A stretch of DNA of 64,000 bases from Tubulanus polymorphus (lineage: Eukaryota; Animalia; Nemertea). A model generated the notes under the pieces. It did not search any database, was not told where the DNA came from, and saw nothing but the letters and a program-made list of their open reading frames with translations. Shown here piece after piece: positions 38,998 to 51,285 of this stretch (position 1 is its first letter; each line of letters begins with the position of its first letter). The stretch covers positions 1,285,355 through 1,349,354 of the forward strand of contig NC_134030.1 in assembly GCF_964204645.1 (NCBI RefSeq). The letters are read 5' to 3'. The position numbers and the translations under genes were made by a program.

Positions 38998-41900
38998 AAT
39001 TTGTCAGCGTTGCCACCGTTAGCTCCAGTACTGTGCCATTGTCAGTTAGACTGGGTCTGAAATGGTGGTGGCAAGCTGCAGGTCTGGACTGCGCGACCAA
39101 CATTTTCCGTTCCTACATCCGAAATCTACACGTTTTCTTGGCACGTGGTAATAAGAGTTTGGTTGGTTTTTGTTCGAACGCGCCTCTGGTAGTAGACTGG
39201 TTGCCAGTTTACATTAGACTGGTTGCCGGTCTCTTTCTGTAGACCGTTTACCGGTCTCTATCTTTTATTAGAGACCGGTTGTGCCCATCCTCCATTTTAC
39301 ATTTTCGATGCATGTCAAATAAGGTCAAACATGTAAAGTAGCAGGTTACTTCCTGGTTAAGATGGCGTCTCTTCGAATCTGCTTGGCTTCGAGCGATATT
39401 AAAATTGTCCTTTATAATGGACGGAAAGACATTAATTGCTGTAAGTATCAGATAAATCCGCTGATAATTTACCTGGTATTCGGAATACCGACTAACAAGG
39501 ATCGAAATCTAATGCGAGGTGAGCTCTGCCGCGACCGTCACTGAATACAGAACATTCTGAAGGAACAGAGGACATCCTTCCTATAACTACCGTTCGTGGG
39601 ATGTATTTAGTGAATTGATGTTTTAATACAGTGTTGTAAAATGACTATATTTAGTATCCGAATAAAGTTTACAATTGCTGAACTCCTTAGTGCTTTGTGA
39701 GATCAAATATTTGGATCCACCTCAGCCAACTGATTTCCTGATACAGACAGCAAGTTGGGACAGTCAAATTAAGAGATTTGGTCAAGACAAGTTACTCAGA
39801 TCACACTGGAAATTCGCAATATCCTCTCTCCTCATGGACCACACATTGTCAATGTTGACTTTGCTAGAAATCGATTATAAAATTCATCACGACCAATTCT
39901 TTTTCACTGAATTCAATATTTATTGTTCACTTCTGGTACAAAATCTTGTTCAGCCCCTGACAAGAGAATAAACAATGACACTACGTATTTCATGACATAG
40001 AACAGTAGTTTTTTTTTCATCGACAAATTGGGACGATCCTGATATCCCTGATTTGAATGATAGTGTCTTTAGAATCATAAAGACCATGTCTCGACCAGAC
40101 AGATAATCCAATCACAATTCAAATTGAAGGCTCGCTAGTGCAGTTATTCACAGAATCCAGCTCTTTAAACCTCATCAGTTTATCAGAATCGAGGAGTTTC
40201 ACCACCTGTTATTTGGAATCTCATTTCATGACAGCTAGTGCTGATTCTTTATTCTCTTTGATTACTGCATGATGTTATCATTCTGAAATTAAAATACATA
40301 TCACACTTATAATTAAACCTGGATTGACTTTACAAATTAATGGTTCAGAATCCATTTTTCAAACTTACCTTGATGTATTGCAATCTATTCTTTTTATGTT
40401 GAGCTAATTTGATACGCATTACTTCAATTTCTTAAAACATCCTACGAGTTGTGACTCACAAAATCATCACTAAAACGCCACAATAATCTACAATAGATAA
40501 TCAATATAGTTTTTGTGAAATAGCACTCATATTCAATGTTCACATCTTACGAAGTAAGTAAGTAGGTGAAGTTACCTCGTTGGTGTGATTATTTTCACTG
40601 GATCAACTGCTGATGTCCAATGTCGCATAAAGAACAATCAATCAATCGCCTCGAGTGAACAAATAAGTTGCCTCTGCTGCATGGTTCAGTATGTTAGTAG
40701 TGGTAGTAGTATTGTATGTATTGTTACCGATATTTTCGGTACCACACGCTAAACAAGTGCCTGCAGAAGCGTTACCCGGCAGTTTTAATGAAATTTCGTT
40801 CTTCATTGATATAAACAAGAAAATTAATTTTGATAAACTATTTGACGCCTGCGAAAAAATGTAGAATTTCTAGGATAAGCTAATGTGGATTTGCAAACTT
40901 GAAATCGAAGTTTTAAGAAATTTGAGGAATTATAACATTTGGCGATTGGGTAGATGATACTTCGACTGTAGGTATAGTGGTTTAATTTTTTTATTGAAGA
41001 TTGTCAATAATTGATAACTTGCGACCGACTTCATTCATTCATATTTGCCTCTAAGCTGGTCTGCAACTTCATTGCCTCCATAGTTGAAGAAAGAGCTCTT
41101 CTGATGTCTGCTTCATCATGACTTCGAGCATATCGTGTGGCTTAGAAGGCTGGCCCGGTCCCCGGGCCCGGGTTTGGCTGTCACTCGATATACTAAAAAT
41201 TTAGTCTTGAGTCTGGGTTGAAGTGGACATTGTCATTTAAAATAATTTGTTTATGTTATTCTCTATGAATTACTCGTGTGTCTTGTGGGTTGTATTTTCT
41301 TACTTTAAAATGTGTAACTTTATTGAATTTGGGAATTTAAATCCCGGAATTTCAATGTAATAACGATCATAAAGAATTGAATTGAATTGTCACCTAATAC
41401 ACTTGCCATCAGAGCACGCGGAGCCGTATGTAACAGCTAGGCTATTATAAATTGCTAATCTCATGAAACCTGCATATCCCCCTAATATCGAACATATTTT
41501 CTAAAAAATTTGAATATTGAAATTATATGTTTACACATTTGAATATTGACCGCTTGTAGCCGCTGATGAAATTCACACCGGCCCTACACAGATCGTAGAT
41601 AGCTTCGTCATTCCACCAACATCCCCATGTCAGGGTCTGACTTTAATATCAGACTTCCGCATCGTGTATACATCCGCCATTTACTTATCATTTCTATTTA
41701 TGCCTGCCGCTTCTGATATAATCATACATCCTTAACTATTACAATACGTCTTCTAATGATATTCAATGCAATATAACATTCCGACGTTCAAATAGAGGTC
41801 ATTACATAATCACAGGAAGCCTTTCTACATGTTTGTCAATAATATTTTGCCAAATAGCTTGTATGTGTACACATAGACCTGTGACGTTTTGCACATCGAT

Positions 41901-43734
41901 TTACGGTTGTCGTTTGTAAAATGACGCTGAATGGTTAACATTGTTCAGGTTTCATAATAGTAACGTTTTATAAGGCGTCAAAATGACTTTAAAGAGGTCC
42001 ATGCGGGAACGTAAATCGCGACTCTGTGTAGGCGGCCATGTTACATAGTTCACGTGATGAAATACTGAAATCTGATTGGATCCGTAGATTCCGCGGAAAA
42101 TGGCGGACGGGCAAAACCTGTCCCATATTGAATGGCACAGGCAACCAGTCTAGTTTTCTAAACGATGTATTTATTACTCGCGTACCACAATATTTATTAC
42201 TCGCGTACCACAGTCGGACAATCGACCTATGTACGATCTCCACCGTCGCGTGCTGCCTTTACAAAAACAATAAGCGGTAAATCTGTGAACTAATTTCTAA
42301 CCTCACTTGCCACAGTAAGACACCGATCGGCAGCCGACGAAGTTAATCCCAGTCCAGTGACTAAATCGCAAATTTAGCACCAGAGGCTGAAAGTTGTTGG
42401 GAATGCGTGGCTGTAAATCATAAATAAAATATATATTAAACTAAAAGTATGTGTTTATGTTGATGGTTGAGTTTTTGTCAAGGTGTGGAATGCGCGTTTG
42501 TGCCGATCATACAGCAACTTATGATTGTTTGTACATCAGCCAGAACCCAGGTCCACTCATTAGGATCCAGTTCCACAGATCAGGATCCAGCTCCTAGGAT
42601 CCAGTTCCACAGATCAGGATCCAGCTCACAGAATCCAGTTGCATATAGTTTGATCCAAGGTTAGACTTATAGTAATATGTTCATTTCCACAGTGTTAGTC
42701 TTGACTTTAATTTTGAGCATACAAAAACATCTCGATTCAACGGACGGCTAATTACGATTCAAGAGAGGCTTCTAGGTATAATGTGAACAAATGTTTTAAA
42801 TGAAGTTAAATGATTTAATGTAGATAGTTTAAAGTCGATGAGCCTCTGATTTTAATCTATACATGTTCACGGATTTGTCCCATTATAACCTATTTCTTAT
42901 AATCACAGGTCAGCGGTCGCCATTGTGTCCGGATTCAGGTTGAATTTTGATCGACTTTTTTCACAATGGAATCGGTGCGCATTCCTTTACCGGATATCGA
43001 TCGTATGGTATTGTTATAGATAATCGCTTGGATGGACCGCAACTCTTCCGATCCATTTTACCTGACCAGCACCTTCCTTTCGACCACTGGACACCAGACA
43101 GCTAGCACCTCCTGTGAAAATTCTCCCAGAACCCGAACGTGTTTGGTAAGTGTTAACATTTGACATAACCATTAGAAATTTATTCGTAAGAAACTTGTTT
43201 CATTTCCGCTTATGTTTTCCGCACCCAGTTGAACAGTTTAAGAATGATTTTGACTCTTTAAAAGTTAAATTTTTGACGATGAAATAAATTACTCTTACTA
43301 AACAATTCATTTCAAATGTGGCTGACTCTTGACTGGTTAAACTCAATTCGATTGACTTTAAGCCCGGGTTAATGTTGATACTGCTCTATTAAACCAGCCC
43401 CTGTTCTCAATTTTTTAGTTTTATTGCCAACAATTCGTACTTAACCGTTTTTAGCTTAATGTTCTCACAAACTCGCTAGGCCATGGTGTCAATTTTTAAT
43501 TTCATTGAAGTTTGTACTGTTTAATACATGTCATCTAAATTTTAATTTCAAAATCAAAATAATTTGAAGTGTTCAATGTGTTGTCCTCTTTTGTAGGATA
43601 GCGAAAACACACTGTTGGAAATAACTGAAGTCTGAACAAATCGTTGAGAAGCGCAATTCTTTTTGGTGAGTAAGTATATATCGCTTTCTTTCATCATTTT
43701 CATTCTTTTACAACTCCCAGTCTTAAATGTATCA

Positions 43735-43865
43735 ATCAGTTTCCCTCAGGCCAGGTACCCATCTTGGGTGGAGCAGGGAGGTCACCTCCCTGAGTGTCGT
43801 GCGGAATTCGAACACGCGAGTTGGCTTCCCAGATTCGAACGCGACAACCACGGCTCGCCCGCCGC
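43735..43865 (-). mobile_element. tRNA-derived SINE fragment
   Basis: Minus strand: B-box-like GTTCGAATTCC followed by CCACCCAAGATGGGTACC, resembling SINE core domains. Confidence 0.45.
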
Positions 43866-44384
43866 TGTTAAATCTTTCGTAATTTTTTAGGAGTCCTAAA
43901 ACCGTTTTTAGTCTGAAAAAATTCTGAAACTTCAAAACTTCTGAAAAAAACTATTTACTTATTGAGATAATACGCAAATTCATTTCTGAAATCCCTTTTG
44001 TCGAACCGGGTGATTTATCTCATCGCTATATCTGCGGCGAAAAAACCGATATGCGCGAGCAGTTCTGAACGGCGGGGAATCCCCGTAACGTTCTCCGCAG
44101 CAAAGCCACGTGACACGACTAACTTGTACGTGCGTGCTCCGTATTAGTGAAGACACTGTTACTGGGGTCATCATTCTAAAACAAGGTTATTCACGAGATG
44201 CTGGTTCAGAGATCGCCGCCAGTACTCTTAGACTAGTTGAGGTCACACTAGAGCAGCGAGATTTATAAAATAGATACCGCGCCCTTTGAATTGATGTCAG
44301 TATTCTTTAGATCTCTCAAACCGGCTGAGTAACTTTTGAATTTTATGTTTTCTAGCATTTGCTGGTGAGTCATCGATCCACATC

Positions 44385-44500
44385 GGGGACCGCACCTAGG
44401 AGCAGCAAGTAGGAGCAGCCACAGGGACCACACCTAGGAGCAGCCACAGGGACCACACCTAGGAGCAGCCACAGGGACCACACCTAGGAGCAGCCACAGG
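44385..44500 (+). repeat. 25-bp tandem repeat x4
   Basis: GGGACCACACCTAGGAGCAGCCACA. Confidence 0.9.
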
Positions 44501-45363
44501 AGGGACTGACCTGAATTGGGAATCACTGAATGGAAAAGATAAGTAGAGATATATTTATTATTAAACTACAATATTTTTGGAGTACAGGTCTTGAGATGTT
44601 TTCAAACTTCCCATCATCTCTTCAGGTGTTTCTGTTGTAGTATGTGGTTATTTTTCTGTTCAGGTGTCGCCCCCATATTTTTCTGATTGCTAGCAAAAAA
44701 CAGGGTTAAATTGCTGTATCAAGCATATTACGATGTTAGATAAATTTGTTCTTGTTGTTCAGGCGTTTCTGCAGTTTTTGAATGTTTTAATGTAAAGTCC
44801 ATCACCGATTTACACACCACATTCAGGTATTCTCTATCGTGATAAATTGTGAATCAAAAACTTACATATTTAGACTTAATTAGAAATTCATTGGTTCAAA
44901 AGGTTTTCATTTATAAAAAAATGTTAAAATTGATTGAAAATAATTACATTGTTGTAATGGGAGTGATTTTTCGACCCTAATTAACATCGAAAAAGTTAAA
45001 CAGAAAATTTAGAAAAAAAATAATTAAATAAATAATAAAATAGATAAGTAAATCTAGTCCTGCTTTCACAAAAAAGTTTTGTTCAGACTTTTTGGGAAAT
45101 TGGATATATATATATAACTTATATTTATTTTAATCATCAGGTATAATATAGCAATTGACTTGAAATGAATATCATACTAGTATTTATAAACATACAAATC
45201 TTCATTAACAAACTAGGGCAAAACATCCCAAAAACGTTAGTTAAAGATATATCATAATTCATTTACTCATTTCAAAATTAGATTTACCATATTTACATAT
45301 ATCATATCATATATCGTTATCTCAATTTTTATGGTTATTCAACTACCTCAATTCTGGGATTTA

Positions 45364-46089
45364 TTAAATAGCAACAATTGTGCAAAATCTTAGTATTTTC
45401 ACTGGTGTCACTTTCTTCTTTTTGCCGCTGCTTTTATTTAAAGAAAACACGTTGGCCTTCGTCAATTTGATAATAATAATTGTCTTATTTGGAAAGAAAT
45501 TCTTGGATTCAGAAAATATAGCACTTGTATCTGAATTCTTGGAAATATTCATTGAATCATCAATCGAAGTGACAAAAATTAGACAAAAAATACTTTTAGT
45601 GGATAAATGGTGGTTGTAAGCGGGATTGTTAGACGGAGAGGGGAGATAGAGGAACCACTCGTCTTTTCTTCTGATGCTGTCCTGTCTTGCATTCTGTGAC
45701 GCAGATTGTAGTTGGATAAACACAGCTGATATCTCATTATCATCGTAATTGAAATGTATGTTGTACCTCTGAATCTGCATTATTTTTGGCGGCCGAGGTC
45801 CACTTGTTCCCTCACTACAACTGCTGTCCGATCCTTTTCTCTTTCTCGAGGTTTTGGAATTAATATTAAAAGTTCCGTCCATCAGCTCTTAGCCGTTGAG
45901 AAGTACTGCGTGAAAATGAGCAAAACTAGTAATCATAGCTTGACCTGGTTTCTCAATGATGATGTCACTGGGAAAGCCTTTTGGAATAGTTGAAAGGCTT
46001 GATGTTAATACTTGATCTGGATGGGTCCGCGCCCCTTCTATAGTGTCAAAAATATATAAATTGTGAAATTTTCCAATTTGGATGCTGTT
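45364..46089 (-). pseudogene. ~240-codon frame with one in-frame TAA; unknown product
   Basis: After acceptor TTTCATTTCCCAG: NSIQIGKFHNLYIFDTIEG...VLLNG*EL runs in frame into the 172-aa ORF MDGTFNINSKTSRKRK... Confidence 0.3.
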
Positions 46090-46367
46090 CTGGGAAATGA
46101 AAGGATAATTTCACTCTGTTTTTATCATTTGGTTTTAACGGATAATTCTTGCTGGAAACTACCGTCTTGTGTCTGAACACTCGATATATCGATTTCACTT
46201 GTGTGTGTGTCATTAGCATGTGTTGCTTGAAATGTGACTTTTGCTCAAACTATTGACAGCATATTACAGTTTGATTCATTATTATCACCAGTAGTCATTG
46301 CACGCTTTAATCTAACATTGCTAAGGTAATTTTAGGTAATTGCCCTCCCATTCTATCTGGTGTGCAG

Positions 46368-49300
46368 CTATCTGATAGGCCGCTGCTGAGGCGTATTAAT
46401 CCGATTTTGGGGAGGGGCAGCAGCGGGCGACAAAGGTGGTGGTAATATCCTATCGGGAACCAAGTTTCTTTTAAATTCCTCCACCAATTCCCCAAACGGA
46501 CATTCGTCTAAAATGTTGATGACTGTAAAATAAAAATAGGGAGAAATACATGAAACAACAAGTCGAATGGTTTCGATGCTACGGTTAAGAATTCTGGTAC
46601 TCGGCGAGGTTAAACATTCATTTCTTAAACTTTACAATCGATTGTCACATTGATGGCGCCATCTATCCTTTCTAAAAACAACTATAGGATTTCAATTGCA
46701 CAATGTTAATACTAGGGAACAACAGTTATTATTAGATTTTGATTATCAGTGACACACGTCACACTAAATGATATTGTATGAAAATAGTTAAACTACTTAC
46801 ACTTCGGTAGAAATAAACGTACAAACTCCTCCCGCCGGAACGCACGACGAATTCTAAAAGCAAGTGTTCCTGCTTGACAAAACTAGTTTGAATAAGAGCT
46901 GTTTGTTTTAATGAGATGAACTGAATCAATAGAATTATGTAACTGAACCTAAGTGTGTCCAGTTCCCAAATAAGGATTTGTGTTTTTCTAACCCATTTAC
47001 GTAAGATATCAACAGACAGGGTTTATTCAGAGGTCAATCCTAAATGTCCCTCCCTTGAGAAGAATGACATTTCAGGTCATCAAAAGATAAAAATTCATTT
47101 AAAATCTGAATCTTTGGCTTTTCTATAAACAGATTGCAGATTGCATTGGCTTGAAACCTGCTTTTATTTTATAATCGAGTCCGTCAAACAGTTCAATACT
47201 TTCTTACACTTATTCTTAACAAAGTATGAATAAATTAGCATGAAAACAGTACATTTGTAATTGCAGCAGCTTAGCCGCTTGAAGTCGAAGGGTCTGCCCC
47301 CCCCCCCCGTGTTTTTCTCTGAGCTTTCGGCATCTAGTAAGATAACTATGATATAATGATATTAATAGAAAAATTTAAAGTAAAAGTATTGAATAAATTG
47401 AAGATACATCATATAATCGAGCCAGTCAAACAGTTCAGTACTTTCTTACAACTATTCTTAATCATGAATAAATTAGCATGGAAACAGTAAATGTGTACTT
47501 ACAGTAGCATACGGGCTGGAACTTGAGGGGCCCGCGCCCCAGGTTTTTCTAATTGCTTTAGGCATTGTTGTAATGCATGGTATGAATAATTAGTATGGAA
47601 GCAGTACATTTGTAATTGCAGCAGCTTATGGGCTGGAGGTCGGGCTGGAAGTCGAAGCTTCTGCGCCCCCTGTTTTTCTCTGAGCTTTCGGCATCTAGTA
47701 AAATAACTATGATATAATGATATTAATAGAAAAATTTAAAGTAAAAGTATTAAATAAATTGAAGATACATCATATAATCGAGGCAGTCAAACAGTTCAGT
47801 ACTTTCTTACAACTATTCTTAAGCATGGTATGAATGAATAAGCATGGAAGCAGTAAATTTGTACTTACTTTATTATAGGGGCTTGAATGTGAGGGGCCCG
47901 CGCCCCGGGTTTTTCGAGTAGCTTTTGGCATCTTCTAGAAAAACAAGTAAAAATATTAAATCATTTGAAAATATATCAGTCAGTCTTATTCTGGTTCAGT
48001 GAACTAATTCTTTATATGGTGCATGTAGGGGTCCAGGGACACCACATCCACTTATTCTCTATATGATGCATGTAGGGGTCCAGGGACACCACATCCACTA
48101 ATTCTCTATATGGTGCATGTAGGGGTCCAGGGACACCACATCCACTAATTCTCTATATGGTGCATGTAGGGGTCCAGGGACACCACATCCACTAATTCTC
48201 TATATGGTGCATGTAGGGGTCCAGGGACACCACATCCACTAATTCTCTATATGGTGCATGTAGGGGTCCAGGGACACCACATCCACTAATTCTCTATATG
48301 ATGCATGTAGGGGTCCAGGGACACCACATCCACTAATTCTCTATATGATGCATGTAGGGGTCCAGGGACACCACATCCACTAATTCTCTATATGATGCAT
48401 GTAGGGGTCCAGGGACACCACATCCACTAATTCTCTATATGGTGCATGTAGGGGTCCACTCTATATGGTGCATGTAGGGGTCCAGGGACACGTATTGTTA
48501 AAAAGAGGCAGTTTAACGTCATACCACAGGACAAACAGATAAAAATCACTGATAAAATGTATGGTTAAAACGTATTGTTAAAAAGAGGCAGTTTAACGTC
48601 ATACCACAGGACAAACAGATAAAAATCACTGATAAAATGTATGGATAAAACGTATTGTTAAAAAGAGGCAGTTTAACGTCGTACCACAGGACAAACAGAT
48701 AAAAATCACTGATAAAATGTATGGTTAAAACGTATTGTTAAAAAGAGGCAGTTTAACGTCGTACCACAGGACAAACAGAGTGCAATAATCAATGATTTTA
48801 ATCCAAATAAGATCTTTTTAGTTGTGACTGTTTGAATTGAGAGGCGGCGATCTCGCTAGTGAGCCAAAAGACAGACACTTGAAATGAAAATAATATAAAT
48901 AGTCAATTTCATTCGACATTTTTATTATGACGTTCATTAATTAAAAAATTAGCATGAAAGCAAAGAATTTATAATTACAGGAGCATATGGGCTTGATGTT
49001 GAGGGACGCCCTTGTCCGCTGGGTGCCTTTTTCATGGCTTATGATATCTAAAAAAATTAGTAATAATATTAAATAAATTGAAAATATATCATATATCGAG
49101 CCAGTCAAACAGTTCAGTACTTTCTAACAACTATTCTTAATCATGAATAAATTAGCATGGAAACAGTAAATTTGTACTAACAGTAGGATACGGGCTTGAT
49201 GTTGAGGGCCCGCACCCCACGTTTTTTTCACTGCTTTCGGCATTATCTAGAAAAATAAGTAAAACTATAAAATCATTTGAAAATACATAATATATCAGAT

Positions 49301-50052
49301 TGTGGTAATCATGGTAATCATGGTATGAATAAATTAGCACGGACGCAGTAAATTTGTTCTAGCATCATTTGTACTGGACGTGAGGGTGCCCTCGCCCGCT
49401 GGGCGTTTTTGCAGCTTTAGGCATATAGAAAAAGTAAAAATATTAAATCATTTGAAAATATATCTAGCCTCTCATACAGTTAAGTACTTTTACTTGCCTT
49501 ATTCTTAAGCATGATATAAATGAATTATGCTGGGCGTGAGACAGAAACGGAAAGAAAACAGGCCGGCCCAATTCCCGGCCACCTTCATACCGGATGTTGA
49601 GTCAAAAAGGTGCTTTGGGCTTTAAAGAATTGAAGACACTATTGTAAGCCGAAATAATTGTGGAATTGGACTAAAATTAAATCAAAAAATATGTGGTACA
49701 TGTTATAGTTGATTTTTTTTCAGTGAAGGCATATTAGGTGCACATGAACGACTCATGCGTTCAAGGCATATCCCTTCACTGAAAGAATATTTTTTAAATC
49801 GGTTAACAAATCCGGAATTGTCCCCGAACGAAGCCGCTCCTCCAATAGGAATCTCCCAGAGGCAATTTAATTGATGGGCACATTTTCAAAATTTGTTTTG
49901 GTTATCGGGCCCCCGACACAGAGTTATGAAAACTGGTCACAACTTTTAACTACATACAAAAAAATTGAATGCATTGAAATTGTATTTGGAGACTGAACTT
50001 ACTTGGTGCTTGAAAGTCGGGAGGCGTCTCTGGAGGGGTGCTACTGCTGCTG

Positions 50053-50113
<61 letters not shown>

Positions 50114-51285
50114 TGTTGTTGTTATTTGACAGATTAGAAACAGGCGTCTCCGGAGGGGTGGGCTGCTGCTGCTGCTGCTGCTGTTGCTGTTGTTGTTATT
50201 TGACAGATTAGAAACAAGCGTCTCCGGAGGGGTGCGCTGCTGCTGCTGCTGCTGTTGCTGCTGCTGTTGCTGTTGTTGTTATTTGACAGATTAGAAACAG
50301 GCGTCTCCGGAGGGGTGCGCTGCTGCTGCTGCTGCTGCTGTTGTGATTCACCGACTGTAAATGGAAATAATATAAAAATAAATGCAACAGAAAATGAACA
50401 CAACAGGCACTTATTACACGGTAGTTCAGTAGAATGAAGGGGTCTGGGTAGAAAAACGTGTATTCTAAGATTATCAGTATATATTTCCGTGAGGAATGTG
50501 AGATTGAGGGCGTCACTGATACTTACATTAAGCGACGGTGACCTTGCCTGCGAGGCAAACTGACGCTAGAAATGAAAATTAAAAAAATACATTAGTCAAA
50601 TTCATTAACGTTGCTAAGTTCAAGTTGCTGGTTTTTTAAACAATTTTAATAAGAAAAAAATATTCAGGTATAGCTAGCACTATGTCAGGAACGTAGCTTG
50701 AGGCGGTTCGGGGGGGGTTCGAAAATTCAGTTCCTCGCAAAGAAAAATTAAAAACAGAAATGTTAAACTTACAAATATTGAAATTTGTTCATTTAATCAA
50801 AACCTTCGTTATATCAATAGAAATCTCCCAGAGGCAATTTAATTGATGGGCACATTTTCAAAATTTGTTTTAGTTAGCGGCCCCCGACACAGAGTTATGA
50901 AAACTGGTCACAACTTTAACCGTTTTAGCTCCATACAAAAAATTGAATGCGTTGAAATTTTATTTGAAGACTGAACTTACTTCGCGCTTGGAAGTCGGGA
51001 GGCGTCTCTGGCGGAAGGGATGCGCTTCTGCAGCTGCTGTTGTTGTTATCCGAATTCAGAGGTAGCGATCGGCCTGGCGACCCAAAGTAGAGACGCTAGA
51101 AATTAAACAATAATATAAATATATTAGTCAATTTCATTAAAGTTTAAATTTTCAACATTTTTATTGTAACGTTCATTAGTTAATAAATTAGCATGAAGCG
51201 ATGAATTTGTACTCACAGGTGCATATGGACTTGATGTAGAGGGACCCCCTTGTCCGCTGGGTGCCTTTTTGGTGGCTTTTGACAT
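46368..51285 (-). CDS. Gene B: spliceable short paralogue of gene A, 135 aa (exons 51285-51217, 51095-50981, 46869-46801, 46522-46368); may be a pseudogene
   Basis: AG/GT borders, phases 0,1,1: MSKATKKAPSGQGGPSTSSPYAP|RLYFGSPGRSLPLNSDNNNSSCRSASLPPETPPDFQAR|RTLAFRIRRAFRREEFVRLFLPK|FINILDECPFGELVEEFKRNLVPDRILPPPLSPAAAPPQNRINTPQQRPIR*. The stop is CAG>TAG relative to gene A. Confidence 0.45.
48003..48490 (-). repeat. 47-bp satellite, inverted, ~10 copies
   Basis: Reverse complement of the 1983-5006 unit, joined to an exon-1 copy by the same ~70-bp linker as at 5006-5074. Confidence 0.97.
48491..48779 (+). repeat. 80-bp tandem repeat x3.6
   Basis: CGTATTGTTAAAAAGAGGCAG... at 48491, 48571, 48651, 48731. 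Confidence 0.95.
49555..49843 (-). pseudogene. Inverted copy of the end of exon 9 and 3' UTR of gene A
   Basis: Reverse complement of ~21197-21490. Confidence 0.85.
49925..50885 (-). pseudogene. Inverted copy of gene A intron 4-exon 5 (50565-50527)-exon 6 (50354-50003); exon 6 internally amplified and frameshifted
   Basis: Reverse complement of ~8765-9525; exon 5 still encodes RQFASQARSPSLN. Confidence 0.85.

Noticed and set aside
46801-47931. Gene model joining exon-1 copy 47931-47869 directly to the exon-7 copy
   Set aside because: Phase mismatch (0 vs 1) gives a frameshift and an early stop.
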